In this document: positions 8,939 to 18,173 of the stretch, one piece after another | How positions within the stretch are numbered: the stretch's first letter is position 1 | How the letters are laid out: every line of letters begins with the position of its first letter | IMG/VR virus record: IMGVR_UViG_3300014208_000028 | Coordinates: 29,123 to 93,122 of that record | Length of the DNA stretch: 64,000 bases | Source: a virus | Strand: one strand, 5' to 3' | The notes under the pieces: generated by a model | What the model saw: only the letters and a program-made list of their open reading frames with translations | Told to the model about the DNA's origin: nothing | Database searches by the model: none | Program-made: the position numbers and the translations under genes

Positions 8939-9818
8939 TTAGAACTTTTCTCCATCCTCCAATTTTTTTAGATAGTAAATATTTATCATACACATAGTCT
9001 TTTAATAGGCCAAATTTATCAAAATTGTTTTTCGCCTTTTCAATACTATCTAACCAAGTACCTTCCTGCCTAATAAATGGAAATATATCAGTCAATTTTT
9101 TATACTCTCCTACTGGAGAAGCTATGGGAAATATGCCGCAAATCACATACTCTAAAAATTTTATAGTAGATTTACCCTTATTAAATTGTATATCTGATAA
9201 AGGAATTAATCCTATAGAATTAGAATAATTTCTTAGGTGAGTTATATAATTTTCTACCCCAGTATGGAAAACTGAAGAGCATCCTATATCTAAATCAGTA
9301 GACCCAATAGACTGTATCTCATATTTTTCTCTAATTTTAGCAAGTTCTTCTAATAATCCAGATCCGGGGATATCATACTCATGCCCATTTAATCCATGAT
9401 TTAAAGTTATTTTACCATTAAAATTTGTAAAATCAGATTTATTTATCCAATTATCTGGCACACAATTTTCAGCTACTATTATATTCCTGCCACCAGATTT
9501 TTCAAACATTCTATTTCCTATTTCTACAGTAGTTGCCACTAAAATATCTGCTCTTTTTAACCAATACTCGCAATTTTTAGAGGCCCGAATAATAGCAGAA
9601 TAGTGAGGATGGGAATTAGGAATATCCCAAAACGAGTCATCTAAAGAGTAAACTATTCTTTTAGCTTTAGGAAATTGAGTTGCAGTACTTACTCTTACTA
9701 TTAAAGCCCTATCTGCTAAAATACTATTACTAACTATTGTTCCACCTAAAGCGTTTACAATAATATCTCCTCTATAAAAAGCACTAGGGTCTGGCCTACA
9801 ACTTATGAAATAGTTCAT
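8931..9818 (-). CDS. GT-B (GT4-like) glycosyltransferase
   Basis: YSLDDSFW, IGLIPL...FNKGKSTIKFLEY...IASPVGEY. Confidence 0.8.
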   Translation of the reverse strand: MNYFISCRPDPSAFYRGDIIVNALGGTIVSNSILADRALIVRVSTATQFPKAKRIVYSLDDSFWDIPNSHPHYSAIIRASKNCEYWLKRADILVATTVEIGNRMFEKSGGRNIIVAENCVPDNWINKSDFTNFNGKITLNHGLNGHEYDIPGSGLLEELAKIREKYEIQSIGSTDLDIGCSSVFHTGVENYITHLRNYSNSIGLIPLSDIQFNKGKSTIKFLEYVICGIFPIASPVGEYKKLTDIFPFIRQEGTWLDSIEKAKNNFDKFGLLKDYVYDKYLLSKKIGGWRKVLNG

Positions 9819-9833
9819 ATACTTAAATTTCCT

Positions 9834-10613
9834 TTATATAGATATATTAAAAATATTTTCTACTTTAATAATATTCAAACTATCTCCCTCTATAAATTTC
9901 CAATTTTTATACTCTTCTGATAATTTTTCAGCTAAATTATTAGGTAAGTAATGCTGATAAGCGGAAGTATTTTTATATTTTGATACTAAACTATCCTTAC
10001 GAATATGGCACATATGGTGCATCATAATTACATCATCCCCATATAACTTTACAGGAGGACCAATATCGGTTGTACGAGTAGGGTCTATTAAAGCTATGTG
10101 TCTGTATTTATCACTTTCTGATAACACGAATTTACTAGTAGGGGATACCTTCTGCATAAAGGCTACCTTTGTTTCAGGAATAGCTACCTCTCTATATATC
10201 GGCTCTTTATAGTACATATAAAAGCTACAATATGATATATTTATAGCTTGTTCCTCTATTATTGTTTTAGCTTGTATTAATTCATCATGCTTATAAAACT
10301 CATCTGAATCCATAGACATAATATATTCACATCCATTTTTTCTACAATCATCTAATCCTAAATTTCTTTTACATACTTCCTGCTCATGAGGACTCATCCC
10401 TGATAAAGCAGTAAATATCACTAAATTATCTACTAAGCCGTCTCGTAGTAATTCATCACACAATTCTTTAGCTTCAGAAGTCCAAGGATTGCCAGTATAA
10501 CTAAATTCTTGAGCTACTACTACAACATAATCCACAGAATCACGAATACTTTTAATAGAGTATCTAAGTAATTCTTCTCCATCAAAAAAGCTATAAGACG
10601 CTCCTAATTTCAT
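9834..10613 (-). CDS. GT2-like glycosyltransferase
   Basis: FDGEELL..SIKSIR..VD, KRN.GL, MDSDEFY. Confidence 0.8.
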   Translation of the reverse strand: MKLGASYSFFDGEELLRYSIKSIRDSVDYVVVVAQEFSYTGNPWTSEAKELCDELLRDGLVDNLVIFTALSGMSPHEQEVCKRNLGLDDCRKNGCEYIMSMDSDEFYKHDELIQAKTIIEEQAINISYCSFYMYYKEPIYREVAIPETKVAFMQKVSPTSKFVLSESDKYRHIALIDPTRTTDIGPPVKLYGDDVIMMHHMCHIRKDSLVSKYKNTSAYQHYLPNNLAEKLSEEYKNWKFIEGDSLNIIKVENIFNISI

Positions 10614-10616
10614 GAT

Positions 10617-11369
10617 TTACCACCCATGAGCTTTACCTTGTATACTATTCCCATGATGTAACTTTTCTCCTAAAACTATTCCAGAAATTTTAAATATAGG
10701 TCCTCCAACAGCAATTAATTTATTGAAAAATTCTCCGTCAGGAGCTATGTGCTCGGAGTTCTTAGATATTGGCCAATAAGGGTACTCCATTTTATTAAGT
10801 AATTCTATTTTATGAGTAACACAACTATGGTCAAGGACCGCCACGGCATTTATTATAGATTTATTCAAAGTTCCAGGTATTTTCCCTATCTTCTGACCCC
10901 CAATACTTACTAAATCTATATAATTATAACATGAGGATATGCTGTCATTACTTCTTAAGTATCTTATCGCCAAACTTGTTCTAGTAGGATGATAAATATC
11001 ATCACACGGCAAATAACTTACATATTTTATATTTGGAAGATTATCTATACATATTTTCAGCATAAAATTTATGTTTCTACAAAAAGTAGAAACTTTCTTT
11101 CTCTCTTCATTAGAAGTCTTCGTACTGAAAAAAAGTATATTATCATTTTTACTGGCCAAATTTAAGATGATCTGTTTAGTTTTTTTATTTATAGTATCGC
11201 TATTATCGTCTATTATAAGTATCGCAGTTTTATATTTTTGATTAACCGCCGAATTGAGGGCCTTTTCTAATAAAATATCGCGGCCATAACTAGTAATAAT
11301 TATGGCATAATCGTAATTTTTTAAATTATCAAAACTTCCATACTCTTGAATAATACGTATTTTTTCCAT
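10617..11369 (-). CDS. GT2 glycosyltransferase
   Basis: IIITSYGR..LL..ALNS..NQ, IIDDNS, YLPCDDIYHP. Confidence 0.88.
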   Translation of the reverse strand: MEKIRIIQEYGSFDNLKNYDYAIIITSYGRDILLEKALNSAVNQKYKTAILIIDDNSDTINKKTKQIILNLASKNDNILFFSTKTSNEERKKVSTFCRNINFMLKICIDNLPNIKYVSYLPCDDIYHPTRTSLAIRYLRSNDSISSCYNYIDLVSIGGQKIGKIPGTLNKSIINAVAVLDHSCVTHKIELLNKMEYPYWPISKNSEHIAPDGEFFNKLIAVGGPIFKISGIVLGEKLHHGNSIQGKAHGW

Positions 11370-11375
11370 GTAAAT

Positions 11376-11404
11376 AGTATAAAATAAAATTAAGTAAACA
11401 TCAA
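11376..11404 (-). promoter_or_regulatory. sigma70-like promoter of glycan operon (probably leaderless)
   Basis: TTGATG-17nt-TATACT, 6 nt before ATG, no SD. Confidence 0.65.
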
Positions 11405-11491
11405 GCTAAAAAGAGGAGGAGAATTAATCTTTTCCTTCTCACTTAGACCGCTCCTTCCCCTCAAAGTTGGATAGGCTTTCCTCTTTTTAAG

Positions 11492-11710
11492 TTAAAGATA
11501 TGTCTGTCTTTCTTCTAATTTCATACCCTTCATTCTCCAAACATATCCTAATCCTCTACTCCAACAATCATTTATAGTATTATTATCTTCATCTTTTCTA
11601 GGCATAATAATTGTATCTAGCAAGTCCCCCTCCGAAGATAATATTCTTATATGAACACAAGGAGAATTGTATTCTACAAAATTATTACAATTACGGCAAC
11701 TAGTATCCAT
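11492..11710 (-). CDS. hypothetical Cys-containing protein
   Basis: 72-aa ORF with CxxC. Confidence 0.6.
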   Translation of the reverse strand: MDTSCRNCNNFVEYNSPCVHIRILSSEGDLLDTIIMPRKDEDNNTINDCWSRGLGYVWRMKGMKLEERQTYL

Positions 11711-11712
11711 AA

Positions 11713-12099
11713 TTAATCCTTCTCAATTCCTAAATCAGTAAATACTTTAATAGGAAGTTTGTAATAATCTATTACACTATTTAATTGTTCTAAATAGTAT
11801 TTATCAGATTCTTTTTCTATAATTAAATATATAGCGGGCTGTTTATGAACTAAAGTAGAATAGTATAAACTCTGTCCAATAGCTTCTTCCCATTTAGAAG
11901 CGAATTCTACTTCAACAGCATAATTAGGAGTCACACAATCAATTCTGGCCCGCGAATATTTAACCTCTGTAATACCGTTATGTAACGCACACCACTCATC
12001 CCTATAAGTACTTTCAGGGGTATTATGTTTTCGTAAAGCCGCTCCTATACAGCAAGATAATATGATCGGAAACACTATACAATAAATTACTTTCTTCAT
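11713..12099 (-). CDS. exported PD-(D/E)xK-like protein
   Basis: Signal-peptide-like N-terminus; RIDC...AVEVEF..KWEEAIGQSLYY. Confidence 0.6.
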   Translation of the reverse strand: MKKVIYCIVFPIILSCCIGAALRKHNTPESTYRDEWCALHNGITEVKYSRARIDCVTPNYAVEVEFASKWEEAIGQSLYYSTLVHKQPAIYLIIEKESDKYYLEQLNSVIDYYKLPIKVFTDLGIEKD

Positions 12100-12320
12100 T
12101 TGCCAGTCCTATCGTAAAAAGTTCTACCGAAAAGCTCGTCTGTTACTTCTCTCGATAAAGTTTCTCTATGCTTTAAATTATCATAATAATCTAAAGTAGG
12201 AATTGACCTAGATAGATGTAACTCTATATCATCACAAAACTCAGGCGGAATTTTTCGATCTTTCGTAGCAATACGTAACCCTTCGTCCTTTAAAAATCCT
12301 CTACACCTTATACTTGACAT
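12096..12320 (-). CDS. hypothetical protein
   Basis: GGAGG RBS, ATGA overlap. Confidence 0.65.
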   Translation of the reverse strand: MSSIRCRGFLKDEGLRIATKDRKIPPEFCDDIELHLSRSIPTLDYYDNLKHRETLSREVTDELFGRTFYDRTGK

Positions 12321-12368
12321 GCAACCTCCATAATAAAATAGAATTGTTATACTTACTTTATATCAGAT

Positions 12369-12950
12369 TTATTCCATTTTTTTCACGGTAGGCTTAATGC
12401 CTAATTCTTTATATTTAAATTGAACTACTAATCCATTAGTAAATCTAATCTCATTCTTTTTAGATTTTCTAGTAATCCAATTATATAATTCTTGAAAAGC
12501 TAATTTTTTAAGGATTTTATCTAAGGAGGCGGTTTTTTCATTTATCTCAGAATGAAGATATGCTAATAAGCTTTCAGCTTCTTTTAAATCATTAGCATCT
12601 GCTACCGCGCAATAATAAACATTATCTTTATTAGCTGATGCTGTTACTACAAATTTACGATTATTATGACACATAGGGTAGGCTACAAAAGCGTCTTCTT
12701 TAATATCTTCTGTAGAAGTATTATTTAAAAGCTTTTCTAGTTCTACTTTATCTATCATTCCAGTAGATTCTTTTAACATACTTAAGTATTCTAAAGAATT
12801 ATCTACTAAATCATTAGATATAGAAACTATATTATATCCTAGCCCCGCGCTGTCTATACCGTAAATTAATGTCTTATCATCTACTTTCTTAAGTTTAAAT
12901 TCCCCAATATTCTTTAAATCTATAACCTTATCCCCGTCTTTAATAAACAA
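12369..12950 (-). CDS. hypothetical protein
   Basis: 193-aa ORF, TTG start after AGGAG. Confidence 0.7.
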   Translation of the reverse strand: MFIKDGDKVIDLKNIGEFKLKKVDDKTLIYGIDSAGLGYNIVSISNDLVDNSLEYLSMLKESTGMIDKVELEKLLNNTSTEDIKEDAFVAYPMCHNNRKFVVTASANKDNVYYCAVADANDLKEAESLLAYLHSEINEKTASLDKILKKLAFQELYNWITRKSKKNEIRFTNGLVVQFKYKELGIKPTVKKME

Positions 12951-12959
12951 TATGATCTC

Positions 12960-13673
12960 CTAACACTTAACTTCTCCGGGATTTACTCTATTAAATATTG
13001 TAGGTAACTTTTGCTGTAATATGCTCAATACCATATTCATTACTTCTCGCATTTGAAAATGATTATCTAATTCAGTACGAAGATCTAATACATAATACCA
13101 CTGATGAATAGATCCACTCATTATAATCTCAGACTTAAGGGATAAGGGAAGATTGTTTCTAGCCTTTTCAGGGGACCAATTATAATCTCTAGATAATTGT
13201 ATATATCTTTCAGTCTGATCTATTAATCCTTGTGCCCAAATATATTCATCGTAATGATCCCTTAATGATCCATCTGCTTGACCCATTTTCCATATATCAT
13301 GATCATCATAACTATCTTCCCAAATATGGGATATCCAAGGAGGGATTATATAAGTGAAACTGTTCCTCTTTTGATAATTTATATAACGAGTACTCTCTAC
13401 TAAATAATTAGAATGTTGGTGTCTTACTATCTCATTCTCTATCCCCCTATCAGTAACAATTTTAAATTTAATTAAATTATGCCTAAATAACCCCCAATGA
13501 ACTCTTTTTTGATTAAGTCTAGCCTCTACAAATCGTTGAGCAGAAGTCGGGGTTATTTTATCCTCACTTTTATAACAAGTACGTCCATCTAATTCTATTT
13601 CTTTTAATATTTTATCTTCATCTAACTCAGTCTTTAACTCTACATAAGGACGAATTAATTTAATTCTAGTCAT
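12960..13673 (-). CDS. thyX: FAD-dependent thymidylate synthase
   Basis: GRTCYKSE, DRGIENEIVRHQ..(S)..VESTRY, AR..LPLSLKSE, LR....H.QMRE. Confidence 0.9.
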   Translation of the reverse strand: MTRIKLIRPYVELKTELDEDKILKEIELDGRTCYKSEDKITPTSAQRFVEARLNQKRVHWGLFRHNLIKFKIVTDRGIENEIVRHQHSNYLVESTRYINYQKRNSFTYIIPPWISHIWEDSYDDHDIWKMGQADGSLRDHYDEYIWAQGLIDQTERYIQLSRDYNWSPEKARNNLPLSLKSEIIMSGSIHQWYYVLDLRTELDNHFQMREVMNMVLSILQQKLPTIFNRVNPGEVKC

Positions 13674-14077
13674 GGTTCTCCTTAAATACTTTATGATTTA
13701 CTAAAGCACTAATAACCTTAACTTGTTCATCATTCTCAGCTATAGGTAAATGCCTATGCCAAGTAAGTAATTGAATTCTATCATTACAGTTTATAACTTC
13801 TTCTAAAGTAGGCCACTTCATTTTTCTAGCTTCCCATCCAATATACTTACTTTCTTCAGGCGTAAATCTTGGTCCCATTTTTTGCCTTCTTTCTAAGTTT
13901 AGCTTCCAATATTTTAGAAGCTTTTGTAAAATTTTTTAGTTTTTTGCTGCGGCCAGAAATATGCTTTAAATAAGATTCTAAGCTTTTACAATCTTCTTTA
14001 GCAGTAGGATCTTCTTTTAAAGAATATAACATGCCGCAAGCACACATTATTTTAAATTCTTTAACTCTTTGGCTCAT
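13666..14077 (-). CDS. two small overlapping hypothetical proteins (13666-13878, 13856-14077)
   Basis: ORF track; operon context. Confidence 0.6.
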
Positions 14078-14093
14078 TTTAATTAGATTAAAC

Positions 14094-14164
14094 AGCGGCG
14101 TACCAGGATTGAACTGGTGACTAAAACTTGGAAGGATTTTGTTTTACCACTAAACTAACGCCGC
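14094..14164 (-). tRNA. tRNA-Gly(UCC), CCA not encoded
   Basis: GCGGCGT/ACGCCGC acceptor, loop CTTCCAA, T-loop TTCAATC, U73. Confidence 0.92.
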
Positions 14165-14208
14165 AAACTTAGTTAGGTAGGAATATTTATATTATACATA
14201 ATATAAAA

Positions 14209-14610
14209 TTAATTACCATCTATTAATCTATGATTAAGATACTTAAGAGATTCTTCTAAAGCTTCTAATTTAGATTTACTCTGTAAGGGAATACTTCTAG
14301 AAGCTATATTACAATTAAGTAAGGAAAACTCTAAAATAGAATCTTCCTTAGCATCCCCTTCTACTCTTTTATAGCCGCCGTTTTCTTTATCTTGAGTATA
14401 ATATCCGTATTTCAAATCATAAATATTTACTATATCTCCAGTCGCTCGATATACTTCTACCATTTTAGCTTCTTCTGGATAGATAGCTTTAAGTAAACGA
14501 AAATTATCTTTATCCGCTTTAAACAATAATTTAAATAACATTTCAGAAAAACAAGGGTCTGAAGAATCATTTACAACTCCTACTACCTTAGCCAAATCTA
14601 ATACTAACAT
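14209..14610 (-). CDS. hypothetical protein
   Basis: 133-aa ORF with AGGAG RBS. Confidence 0.7.
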   Translation of the reverse strand: MLVLDLAKVVGVVNDSSDPCFSEMLFKLLFKADKDNFRLLKAIYPEEAKMVEVYRATGDIVNIYDLKYGYYTQDKENGGYKRVEGDAKEDSILEFSLLNCNIASRSIPLQSKSKLEALEESLKYLNHRLIDGN

Positions 14611-14618
14611 TATATCTC

Positions 14619-16100
14619 CTAATATTTTTTAAATTCAGACATTAAGAACTTAGCCAATTGTGAGTGATAGATATAAGTATTCTTTTCAGGAAAATCAGCG
14701 TATTTATCTGCGAAGCTACAACTTCCACAAGTCTTATTTACCGCGTCCACATACATACTAAATTTACCTTCTTCAGTATAATAAGTTCTTTTATCAGCTT
14801 TAATCTTATTTAAATCTTTTTCCATTAAATTAGCTAAACTAGTATCTACAGATATCATCCCCGGATACTCTTTAATTCCAGAAATAATATATGGAATAGT
14901 TTCTTTTACTCTAGATAAAGTATTACTTTTATCTAATGAAGAAGCTCTCCCTTTAAATTTCGGGCCGAGGAAAAGAACTTTAAAAGTATTATGTCTCATA
15001 TACTCAATTATATTTTCAACATCTGCGGGCCAAATTATTCCAGGAATTACCTGGAATACTATTTTATTAATATTTTTCTGCCTGAAATATCTTTCGTCTA
15101 GTTCGGCAAGATAGCAAGCACTAAAGAGTAGATGATAAGCAGTCTTTAATTCATAGAAATTACTTACAGATATTCCTATAGCTCCACTATTCTCTATAAT
15201 AGATTTAAAGTTCTTATTAGTAACTAATTCTTCATAATCTTTAGTACTGAAATTAGGAATAATTCTATTAGCCCTAAATTTCTTTAATAATAAATTAAAC
15301 TTAGGATAAGTTAGTGGATCTCCACCACCTAAAGCTACTTCTAATACTCCCATTTCTTTAAATGCAAAAATTAGATCGTCAATATCCTTATAATCTGCTA
15401 TTTTCCCATTAGGAGTAGATCCCTGATAACAATAATTACAATGACAATCACACCTATCAGTAATTTTAAGATCTACTAACTCTGGAAAATCAGCCTTCTC
15501 TACTACTCCATCCCCGCCAAAATGAATCTTGTCTCCTGTAGAAGTATTAAATAAAACCCAATAATTATTTCCTTTAGAAATTTTATAAGTAGAGTCTCTA
15601 CCCTCATCGACTAAAGCTTCCAGTAAAGGATGATTATTCTTTGCTAATTGGATATAGCTAGGAAGATCGTTATCATCATTATCGTTTCCCCCAAAAACTA
15701 CTACTTTAGGATTTTTAATAACTTCGTCCTTAAGAGCCATTAAAAACTCTCTATGGGGATGGCCACTATCATCTACAGGATATAAAAATCTAGATTGATG
15801 ATCTATTCCATAAAAACTATCGTTTCTAACTTGATCATTAATATAATCTAAATCTTCATCAGTTAAGTCTAACCACTTTTTTATAAAACCTTCATCATAT
15901 AACTTTCCAACCTGCTGTAAATAAGCTGTTAGAAAATACCATTTCTTACTTCTATAAGTACTTAAAGTAAATTTCTCCCATCCATACTCTAAATCCTCAC
16001 TATTAGAGCAGTCATCATCTATTTTCTCATTTTTAACTAATACAATACTATGACTGCTACTACTATTAGTGGCAAATCCTTTTCTAATACGATTAATCAT
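14619..16100 (-). CDS. radical SAM protein with N-terminal GFxTNSSSSHS domain
   Basis: ITDRCDCHCNYCYQGS, EVALGGGDP. Confidence 0.9.
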   Translation of the reverse strand: MINRIRKGFATNSSSSHSIVLVKNEKIDDDCSNSEDLEYGWEKFTLSTYRSKKWYFLTAYLQQVGKLYDEGFIKKWLDLTDEDLDYINDQVRNDSFYGIDHQSRFLYPVDDSGHPHREFLMALKDEVIKNPKVVVFGGNDNDDNDLPSYIQLAKNNHPLLEALVDEGRDSTYKISKGNNYWVLFNTSTGDKIHFGGDGVVEKADFPELVDLKITDRCDCHCNYCYQGSTPNGKIADYKDIDDLIFAFKEMGVLEVALGGGDPLTYPKFNLLLKKFRANRIIPNFSTKDYEELVTNKNFKSIIENSGAIGISVSNFYELKTAYHLLFSACYLAELDERYFRQKNINKIVFQVIPGIIWPADVENIIEYMRHNTFKVLFLGPKFKGRASSLDKSNTLSRVKETIPYIISGIKEYPGMISVDTSLANLMEKDLNKIKADKRTYYTEEGKFSMYVDAVNKTCGSCSFADKYADFPEKNTYIYHSQLAKFLMSEFKKY

Positions 16101-16123
16101 ACTTTCTCCCTTACAAAAAAATA

Positions 16124-16145
16124 AAGGCCGATATTACTCGGCCTT
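16124..16145 (-). terminator. intrinsic terminator
   Basis: AAGGCCGA-loop-TCGGCCTT followed by T-rich tract. Confidence 0.75.
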
Positions 16146-16163
16146 AGAATAGATTAGAAACTT

Positions 16164-17179
16164 CTATAATCCATATCTCTCATCTAAATAGTTGAAGATT
16201 CTTTCCATCAATGGCTTCTTCCGCTTCTTTTCCTCTGCCCGCCTTTTTTCGCGTCTGGTTTTTAATACCTGTTCAGCCAATCTCTGCAATCTGAAAGTGC
16301 CTACTTCATTAAAAGTATCTATAACTATTTGTTCCTGTTTTCTAACTTCTTGGGCAATCTCGTCTAAACATTTATCTAAACTGTATTTCTCATCTTTTTC
16401 TAAAGTCTCTTCTATAGGAGTTTTAGTTAATTCATTCTCTATAACTTTTTTCCATCCCTCTAATTGATCCCTAGTAATGTCCATATAATCGCTATGTATT
16501 TTATTATCATAAAGAAATATGTATTGAAAAGCGTAGATGATTCTAAAGAATAAACTATTATGCCTCTTAAACCCCGATTCTCGCCATTCTAGGCCCCAGA
16601 TATCGCAATCGTCGTCATACCACATACCTAAGTAATGCTCATCACAGAGGCACCACAGCCTCTTTCTATCGACATGCTGAAGGTATCTAACATCACTAGT
16701 AGTCTGTTTAGATATCTTCTCATTATCCTCATATATCTTATTCACTTTTTCTCCTTTTAGCTTCTAATTCAAGTATACCATACACAAAATTTTGTATGAA
16801 TTCTATATTATCATTATTATTTAAATAAGGACCCTTTATAGTCATAGCTATTTGAATTTTTCCACAATTAATATCTATTACATACTTATTATTTCCCTTA
16901 AAAGATATTACAGCCGTCCTTCTATATCCATCTTCATGATAGCTCCATTCTCTAATATCAGGTTCAAATTTACTCATTTATATCCTCCTCAAAGAATTCT
17001 TCAGCTTCCATACTTTCGTCATAATTTCTAACATTTTTTAAGACTTGTCTAACTTTAGTTCTAGGAACTGTATTAGTTAATTTATGCGGCCCCGCTTTTC
17101 TATCTTTTGCATCCTCTACCAATTTTCTACGTTCCTTATTAGAATAATTACGCACTAACTCTCGATTTCCCACCTTCAC
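16164..17179 (-). CDS. three hypothetical proteins (16164-16745, 16738-16977, 16970-17179)
   Basis: Overlapping start/stop chain. Confidence 0.65.
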
Positions 17180-17700
17180 TCCTTAATAGTTATATGGTTA
17201 TTTATCATATATTCTAAAATATCTACATCGCTTACTGGATAATAATCCCATACGTCTACGCCGACATTAATTGTATTTTTAACATGTTTAAATAGATTAT
17301 GTACATGACCGCATAAACTTAATTTTTCGGGAGCTATGACAGTAATAGCTGGATCATGAACTAATAGAGTAGGAATTTTATTCATATATATTTCTAATGC
17401 CGTATGCACAGATAGAAACCCTATATCTGTATAATCAAAAGCTCCCATACGATCATGATTACCTAAAATTAAATGTTTCTGGCCAGGTAATTTATCTAAT
17501 AATCTTTCTAAACTATCTTTATACTTAACTCCCCCCAAACAAAAATCGCCTAGAAAAAATACTTCATCGCTATCTTTTACTTTTTCTCTATATTTTCTAA
17601 CTAATGTTCTATCCATCTCGTCTACATTATTAAAAGGTCTTCCTACATACTTAATTATATTAGAATGTCTAAAATGAGGATCTGCATAGAAAAACATCAT
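17176..17700 (-). CDS. calcineurin-like metallophosphoesterase
   Basis: ADPHFRH, LGDF, GNHD, GHVH, NVGVD. Confidence 0.92.
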   Translation of the reverse strand: MMFFYADPHFRHSNIIKYVGRPFNNVDEMDRTLVRKYREKVKDSDEVFFLGDFCLGGVKYKDSLERLLDKLPGQKHLILGNHDRMGAFDYTDIGFLSVHTALEIYMNKIPTLLVHDPAITVIAPEKLSLCGHVHNLFKHVKNTINVGVDVWDYYPVSDVDILEYMINNHITIKE

Positions 17701-17891
17701 TTCTCCTTCATAGTTAAAATACTTATTAAAATAATAGAAACTACAAGTAATAATATTAATCCTAATATCTCTAGTAAAGTATCTATACCGAATATTATAG
17801 AAAATAATATTAGTAAAACTATTACTACTCCCGCCCTAACCAACAACTTTTTCTTATCTAATTTATTGTCCCTTTCTCTAACTATAGGCAT
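17697..17891 (-). CDS. small two-TM membrane protein
   Basis: Two hydrophobic segments; AGGAG RBS. Confidence 0.7.
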   Translation of the reverse strand: MPIVRERDNKLDKKKLLVRAGVVIVLLILFSIIFGIDTLLEILGLILLLVVSIILISILTMKEK

Positions 17892-17909
17892 TGCCTGTAA
17901 TCTCCTATT

Positions 17910-17999
17910 TGGCGGTCGAGGAAAGATTTGAACTTTCGGAGCCTGTAAGGACTCGACGGGTTAGTAATCCGTTGATTTAAACCACTCATCCACCCGACC
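17910..17999 (-). tRNA. tRNA-Ser with ACU anticodon, CCA encoded
   Basis: GGTCGGG/CTCGACC acceptor, G73, long variable arm, loop TT-ACT-AA, T-loop TTCAAAT. Confidence 0.88.
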
Positions 18000-18095
18000 A
18001 ATTTCAATACTTTATCATACAAGTATCACTCTTACAATTACCTTTATAACTAAAAAAAAGAAATGTTTGCAGTCCATTTCTTTATTTAATTTTAA

Positions 18096-18168
18096 AGCCT
18101 CTTGAGGCACTCGAAGCCCCGACATTCTGCTTACAGGGCAGACGCTCTTCCAACTGAGCTAAAGAGGC
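18096..18168 (-). tRNA. tRNA-Thr(UGU) with C33, CCA not encoded
   Basis: GCCTCTT/AAGAGGC acceptor, TCTGC-CCTGTAA-GCAGA, T-loop TTCGAGT. Confidence 0.88.
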
Positions 18169-18173
18169 GTATT

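Noticed and set aside
2703-11369. Bacterial chromosomal O-antigen/capsule locus
   Set aside because: No wzx/wzy/ABC exporter or priming transferase; codon usage and flanks are those of the phage
17960-17968. CTA within the Ser tRNA loop read as an amber suppressor / recoded genome
   Set aside because: The loop centres on ACT after U33. TAG, TGA and TAA all end full-length genes (e.g. rmlB, GNAT and sigma end in TAG) and code-11 coding density is high.
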